Source: Octopus vulgaris
Taxonomy: Eukaryota
Direction of reading: 5' to 3'
Length of the DNA: 64,000 nucleotides
Assembly: GCA_951406725.2 (NCBI GenBank)
Contig: OX597830.1
Coordinates: 53,072,001 to 53,136,000, forward strand
Shown here: positions 49,833 to 63,293 of the stretch, piece by piece
Position numbering within the stretch: position 1 is the first letter of the stretch
How the letters are laid out: each line of letters begins with the position of its first letter
Notes under the pieces: model-generated
What the model was told of the DNA's origin: nothing
Databases searched by the model: none
What the model saw: only the letters and a program-made list of their open reading frames with translations
Translations under genes and position numbers: made by a program

Positions 49833-50711
49833 AATGAGAGAACATTCTCTCATCACCCTGTCTAGAATCATCACACATCCTTCTATTATTAAACCATAGA
49901 GGCCATTTTTAAGCCCTTGGATCAGCAAGTTGCAAGGCAACTTCACTAGTACTGGTGCAAAGACAAAAAGGTATCCCCACCACTAGTACCCTATAAAGTG
50001 AAATGGCATTAAGAAGAGCATCCAACTACAGAAACCATGCAAAAGCAAACACTGTAGCATGATGTAGTATACTGACTCAGAGATCCAGTCAAACTGGCCA
50101 ACCTATGCCAGCATGAAAGACAGACATCAAATGATTCATACAGAGGATTTATAAGCGAGCTGCCATTAGTTTTATACCTCCAAAATTACAGTGTACAGAC
50201 AAGCTTGTATAGCATGCTATGTATTATCATGCAATCATTCAGACTGATCCCCACAATAACAGAACTGCACACTATATATACCATTATCATCGTGATTTAA
50301 CATCTGCTTTCCATGCTGGCATGGGTTGGATGGTTTGACAAGATTTGGTAAGTTAGAAGACTGTACCAAGCTCTACTGTCTGCTGCAGCATACACACACA
50401 CACACACTGCATATATTGCTTTATGTCAAACAAATGAGAGGAGAGCACAATACATGCTGTAAGAGGATATAGTTTCTTTTACTGAAACTGAGTTTTGAGT
50501 TTCAAGACAAACTTTTAGTTTTGGTATTGAAACTTTTGTTATGAAACTGGGTTTGACTGTTAGAATACAAGTAGAAAACAATACGAGAGAGAGGTTTTCT
50601 GTATAAATGACATAAGTACACACACACACACATCAATGTGTGTAGGTATGTATACACACACACAAATGTAAACATACATATATATGGCAAGAATGTATGT
50701 ATATATTGATA

Positions 50712-50980
50712 TCACCAGGCTATCAGATGTTGCTACACATCGCTGGTCGCAATACGCTTCGCATTGTTTTAGCATTCAAATGACGCCACCCTGCTGGCTA
50801 AGTGAGCAGGCCAACAGAAGAAAGAGTGAGAGAAAGTTGTAGTGAAAGAGTATAGCAGGGATCGACTGCTAGAAGCTCGTGGAGCTTTAGGTGTTTTCGC
50901 TCAATAAACACTCACAACGCTCGGTCTGGGAATCGAAACCGCGAGTCCGCTACCCTAACCACTGAGCCATTGTGCCTCCA
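50712..50980 (-). mobile_element. tRNA-derived SINE family D
   Basis: A-box tggctcagtgg and B-box-like gtttcgattcc on the minus strand. Matches 9470-9746. Confidence 0.8.
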
Positions 50981-53074
50981 CATATATATTGATAGATATC
51001 ACTGAAAAAGGTGCATTGCTTTGTCATGACACCAACACTAGAGAGTTTAGTAAGAGATAGGAATACAGGGATCTCATAACCCTATACTTTCCCCCCTTAT
51101 TTAACCATCTGATTTACAATATGTGCTAGGTGCATCAAGCAGACAAGACTAAAGGAGTTTGTCAACTTAGCCCCAGCACAGGGCAAGTGTGTCTTGTACA
51201 CTGTAAATGTAGGTAGTAGTCAGGAACTTGGAGTGTATTTTTGTTAAGGTGATGAAGGATTGAGGGGAAGGGCACAGAAAGGAAGGCACAAGAGTGTCAA
51301 GTGTTGAGAGTACAGTGCAACCTATGACATTCACTAACACTCAGATGAGCAAGGAAAGGGTTTGAAGAGAGAATAATACAGAAAGACTAGAATGAGTTGA
51401 TGAAAAGAGTATGATGGAAGATTGACTTATTAGAGAGGAGAGTGATGGGTGATAGTAGAGGTGAACAAATGTAAGTAATTGAAAGGTGGCAACAAAAGCG
51501 ACACAAAGGAGTGGAAGTGATGGTTGGCTGGCCGTAAGACAGGATGAAGTTAGAATATGTTGGGTACAGATGGTTTTTTAACACTATCACTGTTATGTAG
51601 GCCACAAAGATAGGAGACTGTGGTAGACAAGATGGTCGGCACAGACAGACAAACAAAAGCCTAGTGAAGGGTGATGGAGGCAGGGTCATGAGGATGAGAT
51701 TAGCAAAGGTGGTAGGGAGATGAGAAAGGGTGAGATGTGAGTGAAGTGATGGAGAGACAGCAAGTAACACACATATAAAGGTATTTATGGCCAAATGGTT
51801 AAGATGCTTGCTTCCAAACTATGTGGTCTCAGGTTCAGTCCTACTGCATGGCACCTTGAGTAAATGTCTTCTACTATAGTTCCCAAATCCTTGAGTGGAT
51901 CTGGTGGACAGAAATTGAAAGAAGCCCCATCACATACATATGTGTCTGTACTCTTGTCTTGACATCACATGATGGTTGTAAACAAGCATCACTATCATAC
52001 ACATGTTGTTCATTTACAGTCTTCCACGAGAAAACATGTCTGGCCATGGGGGTGGGGGGGAAATCACCTTGTTTGGAAACCGGTGATGGTTGGCAACAGG
52101 AAGATCTGCCTCAACAAATTCTGTTTGATCCACACAAACATAAGAAAGTGGACATTAATTGATAATGAAAATGATATATACACACACATTTTAAAAATAT
52201 ATTTTCATAGATTCTTGATGTGAAATCATGAAGTGAAACTGACATTGTACCTTAACAGATTCATTTTTGAATAAAAACACAGGCACTGGTTATTAGCCAA
52301 CTAGTTAACTAATTAAGTGTGAAATTATAATAAATTACTTCACTTGTTAGCAACAGTAAGAGCCCACAAGGCAAGGATCTCTTCTCAAGCCCTACAAACT
52401 ACGAGAAGTTTCAGTTCCTTCCTTGCCATCTCCCCTGTGAGGCCCAATGCCTGAATATTTTTTCTCACCACTTCATTCTACATCTTCCTGGGCCCGTTCC
52501 TTCCACTTATTCCCTCCACAATTAGAGATCATCACTTCTTGATGCAGTTTTCACATAATACATTTTCCATTATTTTTTTGTTTGACCCAGGGAAATATTA
52601 TCTTATTTGTAAGCATGAAGGACATCCAGCCATAGAAAATCCTCAATAAACTCCATCCAACCCATAAAAGCATGGAAAAGAACTTTAAAACAATGATGTA
52701 CATATGCATACACACATACAAAGACATTTACGTATATTACACACATTTACATGTGTTTATATACACATATACACAATTGCATATAAACATACACCTAAAT
52801 AAATATATATAAAAAGACAGAAAAATGTAACATTGCTGCTTATATACCCACACACATTTAAACACATTTACATATATCTACATACATATACACATATACC
52901 CAGACAAACACAGAAAAGTATATATTTGGAGATTATATATATACATATACATACACACACCATAATGGGTATTTGTGAACACAACTTTCATAAGCTATGA
53001 AGGAAAGGCAACCTATCATAATGCAATGCTGCATGCACAAAATTTTAACTTTCTCATTATTTTAACAGACTTAC

Positions 53075-53098
53075 AGCATCAACATGGCAAATTCCAAT
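53075..53098 (-). CDS. Candidate 24-nt in-frame microexon in the large cyclin T intron (IGICHVDA)
   Basis: atctttcccctttctgtttcag|ATTGGAATTTGCCATGTTGATGCT|gtaagt. Length divisible by 3, no stop in phase 0. Confidence 0.4.
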
Positions 53099-53424
53099 CT
53101 GAAACAGAAAGGGGAAAGATATACACTGTGCCTATGACTAAATCATAAGGTTCAGGGATTGCCAACTTCTTGAATGTAGTGGTTCCCTTCATATTCAGTG
53201 TCAGTAAAGAGCTGAGGTCTATGGCAGGCAAATGTCATCAAGAGATAAGAGAATCAAACATTCTCAATGATCGTATATAGTCAGAACGGCTAACTGATCC
53301 AGCATATCAAAGACATCATAATTACAACTCCAGTGCCAAACAGCTCAAGGTGGAAGTCCACTATCAAACTTGTGGTGCATGAAGACATGAGAAACAAAGT
53401 CCAGTATGATGAGGAGAGAACACT

Positions 53425-53875
53425 ATCATCACCATTGTTCAACGTCCGCTTTCCATGCTGGCATGGGTTGGACGAATGACTGAGGACTGGCGAACCAGAT
53501 GGCTGCACCAGGCTCTAGTCTTGATATGGCAGAGGTTCTACAGCTGGATGCCCTTCCTAACGCCAACCACTCCGAGAGTGTAGTGGGTGCTTTTACGTGC
53601 CACTGGCACAGGGCCAGTCAGGCGGTACTGGCAATGACCTCACTCGAATCTTTTACACATGCCACCGCCACAGGTGCCAGTAAGGCGATGCTGGTAACGA
53701 TCATGCTTGAATGGTGTCTTTTACGTGCCACTGACACAGAAGCCAGATAGCTGTTCCGGCAACGATCACGCTTGGATGGTACTCTTAATACCCTACTAGC
53801 ACGAGGCTCAAGTGCCAGTAAGGCGATGCTGGTAACAATCACGCTCAAATGGTGCCTTTTAAGTGCCACTGGCGT
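53425..53875 (-). mobile_element. Repeat family C copy with internal tandem subrepeats
   Basis: Matches 2320-2610. Contains repeated gtgccagtaaggcgatgctggtaac and tttacgtgccactg units. Confidence 0.8.
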
Positions 53876-56800
53876 CTGATAGAAACATGTGATCTGGTTG
53901 AAGTGTTTGCTATACAAGCTGAAGCACTCTTAACAGACTTGCCATGCTTTAGTTCTTCTGTGATGAAAAGAAGTTCCACCAGAATCAGCAGGTGAATTGG
54001 AGTAGTAATAGGTGACTGCATGAATCCAATAAAGTGCCTGCAGTGGTACACAACAGGTCCTTTCATCTCTGAGAATCCTGGCAATTGTGAGCATATTATA
54101 CCTGTGTCATCTCATTGAAGCATTGGACACTGGTGGTTACACTCTGGATTGAGAGAATAGTTGGAAAGCAATTTCCACAAGGCATCTACTCCCTCTCACA
54201 TGGACCATGCAACCTAGCTCGGCTGATTTTGAACCTCCTGCACGGCTTCATCTGATGCTTCTTGATGTGAGGGGGAAGAACTTGATTGCATGCAGATGGG
54301 TAGCATGGGCAGAGGTCATGCTGCTCTTGGCATGTGGCCACTTCTGAGTTGCACCAGGGCTGAGAGTGGTTTGGTGAATGGATTGTGCTATGTTTGAGAC
54401 AAACTGCTTTTACTGATTTAGTGGCTTTGTTTTTCCATGCTCCCTGCTCCTCAGTTGCCCAACATGTTTCACCATATGTATTAAAAAACGAGCAAGTGGT
54501 CTCATTGCACTGAACTTAAAGATGTGGTTTCAATCCAATAGGAAATTCCAAAATGAGAGAAAAATATCCCACCTGTACTCTTGTGGCTCTGGATTTTTGT
54601 AATGGAACAAGCTATTTTGTAGATTATTTGTGATCATATTTTGCATGGAAATGACAGAAATATTTTTTAAATGTCATCGCACAATTTTCTTTAAAAAACG
54701 AGAGTTGTCTAAAACGATTAAGACTTCTCTTGCAATAGAAATCTATTTAATAGCTATTCTTATATTTAGATTTCTCAGCAGCCAAAATTTCTTTCAAAGA
54801 ACCAGCCAGCCGTATAGAAGAGGGTTTTTCTGAAGCAGCAATGACAATGAAGAGTCACTATCTTTTTTGTACATTGCTCTCTATGACTAAGGACCATAGC
54901 TTCAAATATTTCTCAGAATCTAGCTTCTTCATTATCCCTTGACCAGCTAAATGCAGCAGCTAAAGCTCCTTTAAGAAAATATTTACCAAAAATGGGATCA
55001 CATTAAGATCTTGTCTGCAGCTAAATTTCTTGTTTAAAAAGAGCCCTTTCTATATTTTAGATGTTCTCAAACAAAACCGACTATTTTAGCAGTTCTTACC
55101 ACGTATAAAAAGTCATCCATGTTTTGAAGACAAACACAATACACAAGTGCCATTCACTCTACCTAGATCACACTGCACAACGAGAAGAATGCACTCCTCC
55201 ACTACGCTACCCACATTTCAGGATCAAACAGCACTATACTCATAAACCATGCATCATACAACCTACCTTTAGCACGAAGAAAAATCTCTTGGTCATTGGT
55301 CAAAGCAGCAGTTGCTTATGTTTTTGTTTTTTTTTTAATTCTTCAGGCATGTTTTTAAAGCAAAATTGCAACCACCACCCACAGAACTGATGGAGTGTGT
55401 TGAATCACACTTACTCTATGGTCACACATTATACTTACAATCCCATAACATTCTACGCTCACTGATTACATAAGCAGGATAATCTTTATTATTTTCTACA
55501 CTTCAAATATAACCAGTTTCCTTAGAGCTATTCAACTATCACTGAGGTCTTGGCCAGATTCACTTCCAGAATTCAAACATTTCCAGTAGGATACATTCAT
55601 TGATAAAAGGCAGATCATCTGGACATACACACAGGTCAATTCCAGAAACATCAAACTATTGTTGAAGTACCATTGTCCACCTGATAACAATAATGGATTT
55701 GAGAGGCAGAGACATACAGGTGCCATCTTCTGTTAATTCCAAGGTTTGCTTCCACCTTTTACCATAAATTCAGAAAAGTATGTTAATGGTCTTTTAATTC
55801 TAATAAGTATCCACTTCAGGTTTGAAATTACAATCACTGCACAGCAAAGTTGTCAAATTAAAAACTGCCACACCTACTACTATTAGAGTACTAAAATATA
55901 ACCATATGATTTAGTAAATGGATTACTGACTATTATTAGCAGTAAAATAAGTTTATTAATAATGACAATTTTTCAACTTTGGTACAAAACAAATTCGGGT
56001 GAGAGTGAAGTTTACATCAACTTCAGTATTTAACTGGTATCTGGCCTCTGAATGGATGTTAACCTCAGTGGGACTTTATCTCAAAACATAAAAGGGCACA
56101 ACAAAATACTGCACCCTACCAACCTTGTCACCCTTTGCTCATATGTTGTATAGAGAAATAGCATCAGTGTGTTATTATCTTTCCTTAACTCTCTACCAAA
56201 CAAAGCTAATTTGAAATGTATCAAGAAAAAAATAATAAAGGAACAACTTTTATAAATAATAAGAACTCAGATTTAAGAAGAAAAAAAAAAGTATTTTATT
56301 TATGGAAAGTTCATTAAAGTCATGAAATGTTAAGTAGCTCATCAGTCAACTGTGACAATGTCAACCTTGGCATACAAAGATTGTTAAGAAAAGAAGCCTA
56401 CAGTTGAACCCAGAACTGATAGCTACCACATCTTATAAGTTTGCCTAGTCTCACAGTAAACTTATTCCACCAACCCAACATGACAATTTGTATTTCTTTA
56501 ACAAATGCTTGAAATACCATTTGCTATCATACAGTATGTTTTGTCTATTCCAGGCCATAAAACAAACTAAATCTGAATATTGGCTCAGAATCTACAAACA
56601 ACTACTGCTCAGATTAAAAGTTTCCCTTTACAGAACGGCCCATTTCCGGAGAGCAGACCCAAGAGAGAAATAGGCAAACACAGTAGCAGAGAAATAGACC
56701 ATCTTTTGCGTAAAAGAGTCAATTTCATAAGGAAATGCCATCGACATTTACATAGTATGTAGACAAATTTTTCCACCACAGTTCACGGTCATTGAAATAT

Positions 56801-59749
56801 GCAGCATCTGTGATTGCAACATCACATAAATTTCAGATTCTCCAGATAAGCAATCATCATCATTCCTTCACAGGTCAACAAGTCCATAGTGTGTTGTATT
56901 ATCGTTCCTTGTAGCAGATTAACCTTCAAATGAATCAGGATAGTTTCCGGAAAAAACAGCTGCTTTATTTTGAATAGCGATCAGTTGAATATCAGAACAT
57001 AAGTTGAACTATGCCAGCCAAGTGAAAGGGAGAGTATTCTGGATGCAAGAAATAGAAAATACAAAAACTAATCTTATGCAAAGTTAACTACCGGTCTAAC
57101 TAACAAAACAGCAAAACATAAATTTAACATTCAACCCCTTTTTAAGTAAACAGAAAAATCTTGATACTTACAAGTAAGCAAGAATAAAGTCTTACCAGGC
57201 AAGCAGTAAATAAATGGTAAACACACACACACATTCATATGTAATGAGTTTACCACAATTAACTGTCTCACCCACCAACAAACCAATCACAGAGACAGTT
57301 ATTACTCTTGATGACGAAATCCACTAGCAAATGAAGTTTTAAAATATATTTAGCTTCATACATTGCAAGTTTGAAAAATCATTGATCTGCAACTTGACGT
57401 GAATTTAGATTGCGCACGCACGCGCATGTGTGTGTGTGTGTGTAGAGTATTTATTGGATAGCTGCATGTATCCTGAGTTTAGAACAGGTATATATACCAT
57501 GTCCCGGTATGTCAGAGGCAACTAAGAGTTGGTGACAGGAAGGGTATCCAGCCATAAAACACAGCCTCAGAAAAACCATTCATCCCATGCAAGCATGGAA
57601 AAGTGGACTTCTACTGATGACTATAAATAATAAGAACAAGACAATATATCAGCTCTCGGTTAGTTGAGTCACATGATAACATCGTAAGTTGTCGTTATTG
57701 AGCAGTAAAATACTTCCTTTACACATCAATAAATACCAAAGTTACACAATACACTCCGAGTGTCTGAAAATATCTTTCCAATAGATGCAGATTTAAGAGA
57801 CACACACACACACACCCGTCCCACCCCAGAAAACATTTTTCAATGACAGCTGATAATTCAATCCATTCAAGTGTGTAGCATTATATCAGAATATCTGGCA
57901 AGGAACTTGCTTAGAAGACAAATTTAAAGCCACCTATTTACCATAATTTCCTATAAAAGATAAAATATACAAATTTTACACACCCACACACAAATGCAAG
58001 CACAAGTACATACACGAGAGAGAGAGATTAGAGAGAGAGATGAGAACACAATTACACATACACAACTATACCATTTTATACAAACATATACATGCATAAA
58101 AACATACACAAAACAATATCTGTACATACACACACATACACAAGTAGTAAGTCGGAAAGAAGATAAGCCCCTTCTAGCATCAGGAAAATAGCCATGCTCT
58201 GTTTGCAGAAAAGGATTGGTAGAAATTTTTTAAGGTTTGTGCCCAGTGTAAACAATGGGCACAAAGTGTAGTGGGATCTAAGTGGGTTGACACAGAAGGT
58301 AGATTTCACATGTAGCAAGTATATCACAGAAATAAGCAGCAAGAGTACCCATGAAATAGATTCTCTCAAATGTCTGAATGGCTCCCTAGAAGAAGTAGGT
58401 GAATTATTTAACAATGGAGGAAGGGTGCTGAAAGTGTGGCAACCAGAATAAGAATGGGTCAGACAAAATCCAGGGAGCTCCTCTACTTCCAAAAATGGGC
58501 TTCTCCCTTGAAGTTAAGAGCAGATTGTAAGATGTTTGTGTGAAATGCATTGCTGTACAGCAATAAGATGGGGACTGGAATGTAGAAAACTAGAAAGAAA
58601 TGAAGTGAGCATGCTTTGCTGGTTGTGCTAAGTTAGGGTCATGAAAGACTAAGTATAAATGATCGCAGAGGAATCGGATGTAGTGTGCAAGAAAGGAATC
58701 TGTGATGGTATAACTACAAAGTGTAGATGGAGGGTGACTGCTGCATAAGCAAGTGCCAACAGCTGAAAGTGAATGGTATCTGCAGAAGTGGGACTCAAAG
58801 GAAGACTTAGGGAAGAAGGTGATAGAAAAAGATCTTAAGATACTACCATCTAACAAAGGAGATAACAGAGGAACAGGTCAACTGGTGATATGTGGTGCTG
58901 CAGAAGACCCAAACACTTCTACAAATCAAAATGCCCACTAAAATAACGGGAGTAATATACAGCTCCCTACCACAAAGCCTATTACCTATTCTATACCATC
59001 ATACCTCTCCAATATACATATTCTACACTCTCCCACTGCATCCCCTTCATCTCTCCAATTCATCAAATTATCAAGCCACATGTAACTGAGAGGAAACCAT
59101 TCAACCTGTGTATACTGAATCCCCCACTCTTCCCAGCCACCTATCAACTCTTCTATTCACTATTATACCATCTTAACTTATTTTGAATCCACCTCCATCT
59201 ATCACTCATAGCCTACTGCTCCTTCCTCTATCCTTCTGAATCATAATACTTAAGTGGAGAAAGGTTGGATTGCACTCCTGCAACCTTTATTCTCCAAGTC
59301 TTCTGTCACCACACACTTCTATTTAGGTCTTGGACAGGTTACTTTGAAAATATGTTCTGATAATTCCTCTTGTTACTCCTTTCCCGCTACCACATTGTGT
59401 TCTGTTCTAATTGTACTGGAGAGATGTGGACCCTGCAAGCCATTGCAAAGACAGTCCAAGAAGTGGTAACTATGGATAGCAGTAAATATACCCAGATTGT
59501 TGTTTAACCCAAGCCAGTGCTGATCAATCAAACTTGTGGTTTAAAGGCCTTCCAGATAAAACCAACCCATCTTTACATACAGGATTAGGGAGCTAAACTG
59601 GAGCTGTTTTAAAAATGTCATTTAATAAATCATGTGAATTGATACTTTGAAAGTAACAAGTCTGATAGCATCTTTGTTTTTTTATTACACACTGTACTAG
59701 CATCATGGAATCACTGTGATGAAATGTTGGGCATAACCCTTGACACAAA

Positions 59750-60545
59750 TGTTGAAACAGGGTGGGCAAAAATGTACTACACATACTGCATCTGCAACAA
59801 TAACAAGTGTATCAACACTTTTCTAACTATTGCAGGAAATCTACTAACCAACATAACCAAGCTTGCAAAAAACAAGTGTGGTGAAGAAGATATGGTCATT
59901 TAAAATAACTTAGACTAAGTCATGCAGTCATAGACATCAATGCTTCTTCAGTCGGCCCTATTGCTATTGATGCTCAGAAGAGTTCTAAATTTCCTAAAAA
60001 GCAAGAATCTTTAACAACAAAAAACTAACCAAATCATCAATTCCTAATGCAGGATTCTTACTTTCAAAGTTTCCAAAATTCTTGCTGTCGTACAAAACAA
60101 GAACTGGTCCTAAACATCAACATGATTAAATATTTAAACATCCTTAATATAGTTTCTGATTACCAACGATTATGATCCAAAAGAGATCGTTTGATCAACA
60201 CTGTACCAGCACATACCTTAAAGTAAGTGTGGGATTACTGCAAGGAGAAAATTCTTTTTTTAACAAAGAAGTTTGGTCTTGTAGCTCACAAGATCTAAAT
60301 CTATTTGACTTTTGGATGTGGGGCATCACTGGGGACAAGTGCAATGCAACACCTTACAGAAGCTTTGTTACACTGAAGACTACCATTAGGAAAACCTTGA
60401 AGCAGATGAAGTAAAGAGGTAATGCTCAACCTTCCAGGTTCATATTTAAACAGTTTTAACTATTGATGGTAGATATCAAATAATATCTTCCTTGTGACAA
60501 GGAAAGTAAACATACAAAATTTCAAGACTTCATTTTTTTCACCTT
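59750..60545 (+). mobile_element. Tc1-like DNA transposon relic
   Basis: KEVWSCSSQDLNLFDFWMWG (WPPxSPDLNPxDxxxWG-like). Confidence 0.55.
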
Positions 60546-60776
60546 AGTTGCAGGATTTCAGAGTTACCTAGCCTGCATACAAGAAACTACACTGCATTGT
60601 CTAATATGACTGGTATTGTTCAATCTAGTGGGTCAAAAGGTGTAGATGTTGGCTCAATAATACAAACCACAACTCTAAGATTGTTACATATACAACTGAC
60701 TTTCCGTCCCTCTTTATCTCTGTATCTCTCTCTCAACTTATGCATTACCTCTCTCTTGGACACACACACACATACA

Positions 60777-60808
<32 letters not shown>

Positions 60809-62046
60809 GAAATGATTCAAGTAAACAAGTTGATAGAGGGAAATAATTTTAAGACAAAATGGTCAAATATTTTGATTGGAATACGAAATTTATAAATATT
60901 AAAAAAAGACATTGCTGCTTTATATATCAAATAAATGTTATACAAACCTTCCTTGTGATTATTAACAATAGTCTATATCATTTTATGGTTATTCCTTTTA
61001 TAGTTTCTGTATAAAACACAATTTACATTTTATATATATTTAAGATATAATTTTTCTTCGTATCTTTCAGACATCAGTTTGGAAGGTTTGCTCCAGAAGC
61101 ATTGTCCCCATGGTACAATGTGCTGGAGCACATTGTCTCCACTGTCTTCTGATATCTGTGACATATATCAACAAAGAGACCTTCACAATCTGTGTTGTGT
61201 ATCAAGTTTCTTGACAGGCTTTGTAAATAGTTGATACTATTTCTACTGTCCACACTTTGCAGGATGGCCTGGGTGCAGCCTATTGCAAGGTTGTTATACC
61301 AGAACTAAAGATTCCACTTTATCTTGTAACAAAGTCTATTAACAGTTATTGCCCTCTCCTAGCTGGTTGACTTCACTGCAGCTTACAATATACACTGCCA
61401 TTTCTTACAATTTTTCCAAATGAATGCTCTAATGCCAACCTCTTTAACTGCCGGGATCAAAAGGTCTCAATACTCCAAAACAGATTTTATCCACATTTGC
61501 TACTCCTGTATGAACTGCCTTCACAATGGCTTGCAGAGACCTCATCTCACCAGTACAATTAAAACAGAACACTATTCATTGGGTTTGTTTGTCCAACTTC
61601 CTACATGATCAGCTTCACTATGCATGAGAAGTCATGTTTCTTGATGATGTCATGAGAGAAGGGTAAGGATTAATCAAGTGGCTGAATTTGGAAGCTAAGG
61701 TTCTCAGCAACAATGGATAACTCCATGATTATGATGGGTCATTTAGTTAGTACAAAAAGAGACAATGATGATAGTGTAAAACAGCTCCACGTAAAGATAT
61801 GTAGGCTGAGGGAGAGTGATGACAGAAATTGGTAAGAAGGCTGCCTACAATGTAATGTATAAATAAAGGTGTGTTTAGCCAAGAGTAATTACTGGTGGTA
61901 GACTAATGGTACCTGGGCTTCGGTTATCAAAATTATTGATGGGACAGAAGGGAGTGAAGGTAAAATACAGTGGTAGCTACCAATACACACCAGCTTGTAT
62001 ACTGTGTGTAGTCATTTACAAACACACATACACACAGGCATATAGA

Positions 62047-63293
62047 TATGAGGGTGGGTCGAAAAGTTTCAAATGAAGGAGTGATGTTAGATCCGTGAAA
62101 TTTTGCATGCATTAATTTCAACCTTTCTTAACTGCATTGTTTCTTTCCAGGTAAACTGACATCTGACTTCAAAAGTAACTAGTAGCAACGGCATTGTGGT
62201 GTTATGAAGTACCTCCTGAAAAATTGTTTAACCCCCAACGACATTATTATTATGACCAGGTTCCAACCAAGCTGACATGGTTGCCACATTAAGGGATGAC
62301 GCTCCTGCTTTATCAACAGTGTAAAAGAGAGTAGGTGAATTTAGAAGAGGAAGGGAGAGTCTTGAAAATCACCCGTGGTCTTGACATCCTGCAACTCCCA
62401 CCACAAAGGGAGACATTGTGCTTAGCACATGGTGGTAGATGACAGGTGGTTAACTATAATCAAATAGCAAACGTTATTAGCATATCCCAGGAGATAATTG
62501 AGAATACTCTGTTCAATGAACATGGCATGACAAAGGTTTCTGCTTGGTGGGTGCCATGTCTTCTGACACCAAATTAAAAACACACCAGGGTGATCACATC
62601 ACAAAATCTGAAACTGATTGAAGCAGGCACAACTGGTTTCCTTGAAAATTTCCTGAGCCAGGATGAATATTGGGTTCATCACTTTGAATTAGAGACAAAG
62701 TGACAATCCATGCAGAGAAAACACCCCTCCTCACCTACTCCAAAGTCATTTCACCTGCAGGGAAGGTGATGGCCTCAGTGTTTGGGGATTCAAAAGGCAC
62801 TGTGTTTATTGACTATCTTCAAAAGAGTTACACCATCAATAGAGAGTACTATGCCAATTTGCTAAGGCAGCTACGAAAAGCTATCAAGTCCAAACACCTA
62901 GGAAAATTGATGAAAGGGGTCTTATTTCATCAGGACAATGTTCCAGTACACAAGTCCTTGGTTTCCATGGCTGCTGTGCATGGCTGTGGCTTTGAATTGG
63001 TTGATCACCCTCCCTATTCTACTGATTTAGTCCCATCCGACTATCATCTGTTCCCCAACATGAAAAATACTTGGATGGGAACCAGCATCGCAGTGATGAC
63101 CTCATGTCAGCTGTTGCTGACTTTTTTGACCAACAGGATGAAAGCTTCTTCACCAATAGGATCCAAGCATTGCAACGCCAATGGAAGAAGTGTGTGGACA
63201 ACAAGGGGAACTATATTGAAAAATAAACCTCATTTGGTCATATTCCATGAGAATACCTTGGTCAGTCTATGAACTTTACAGCCAAGCCTTGTA
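62047..63293 (+). mobile_element. Near full-length decayed mariner (DD34D) element
   Basis: WVPCLL, QDEYW, HQDN...34 residues...YSTDLVPSDY. Multiple stops and frameshifts. ~1.25 kb with TA ends and degenerate TIRs. Confidence 0.88.

Noticed and set aside
53600-53875. CRISPR-like spaced repeats
   Set aside because: Internal subrepeats of a dispersed repeat family; the spacers are related to each other, there are no cas genes, and the context is eukaryotic.
62700-63272. Functional mariner transposase or SETMAR-like gene
   Set aside because: The N-terminal half is broken by stops and frameshifts, the C-terminus is frameshifted, and there is no SET domain.
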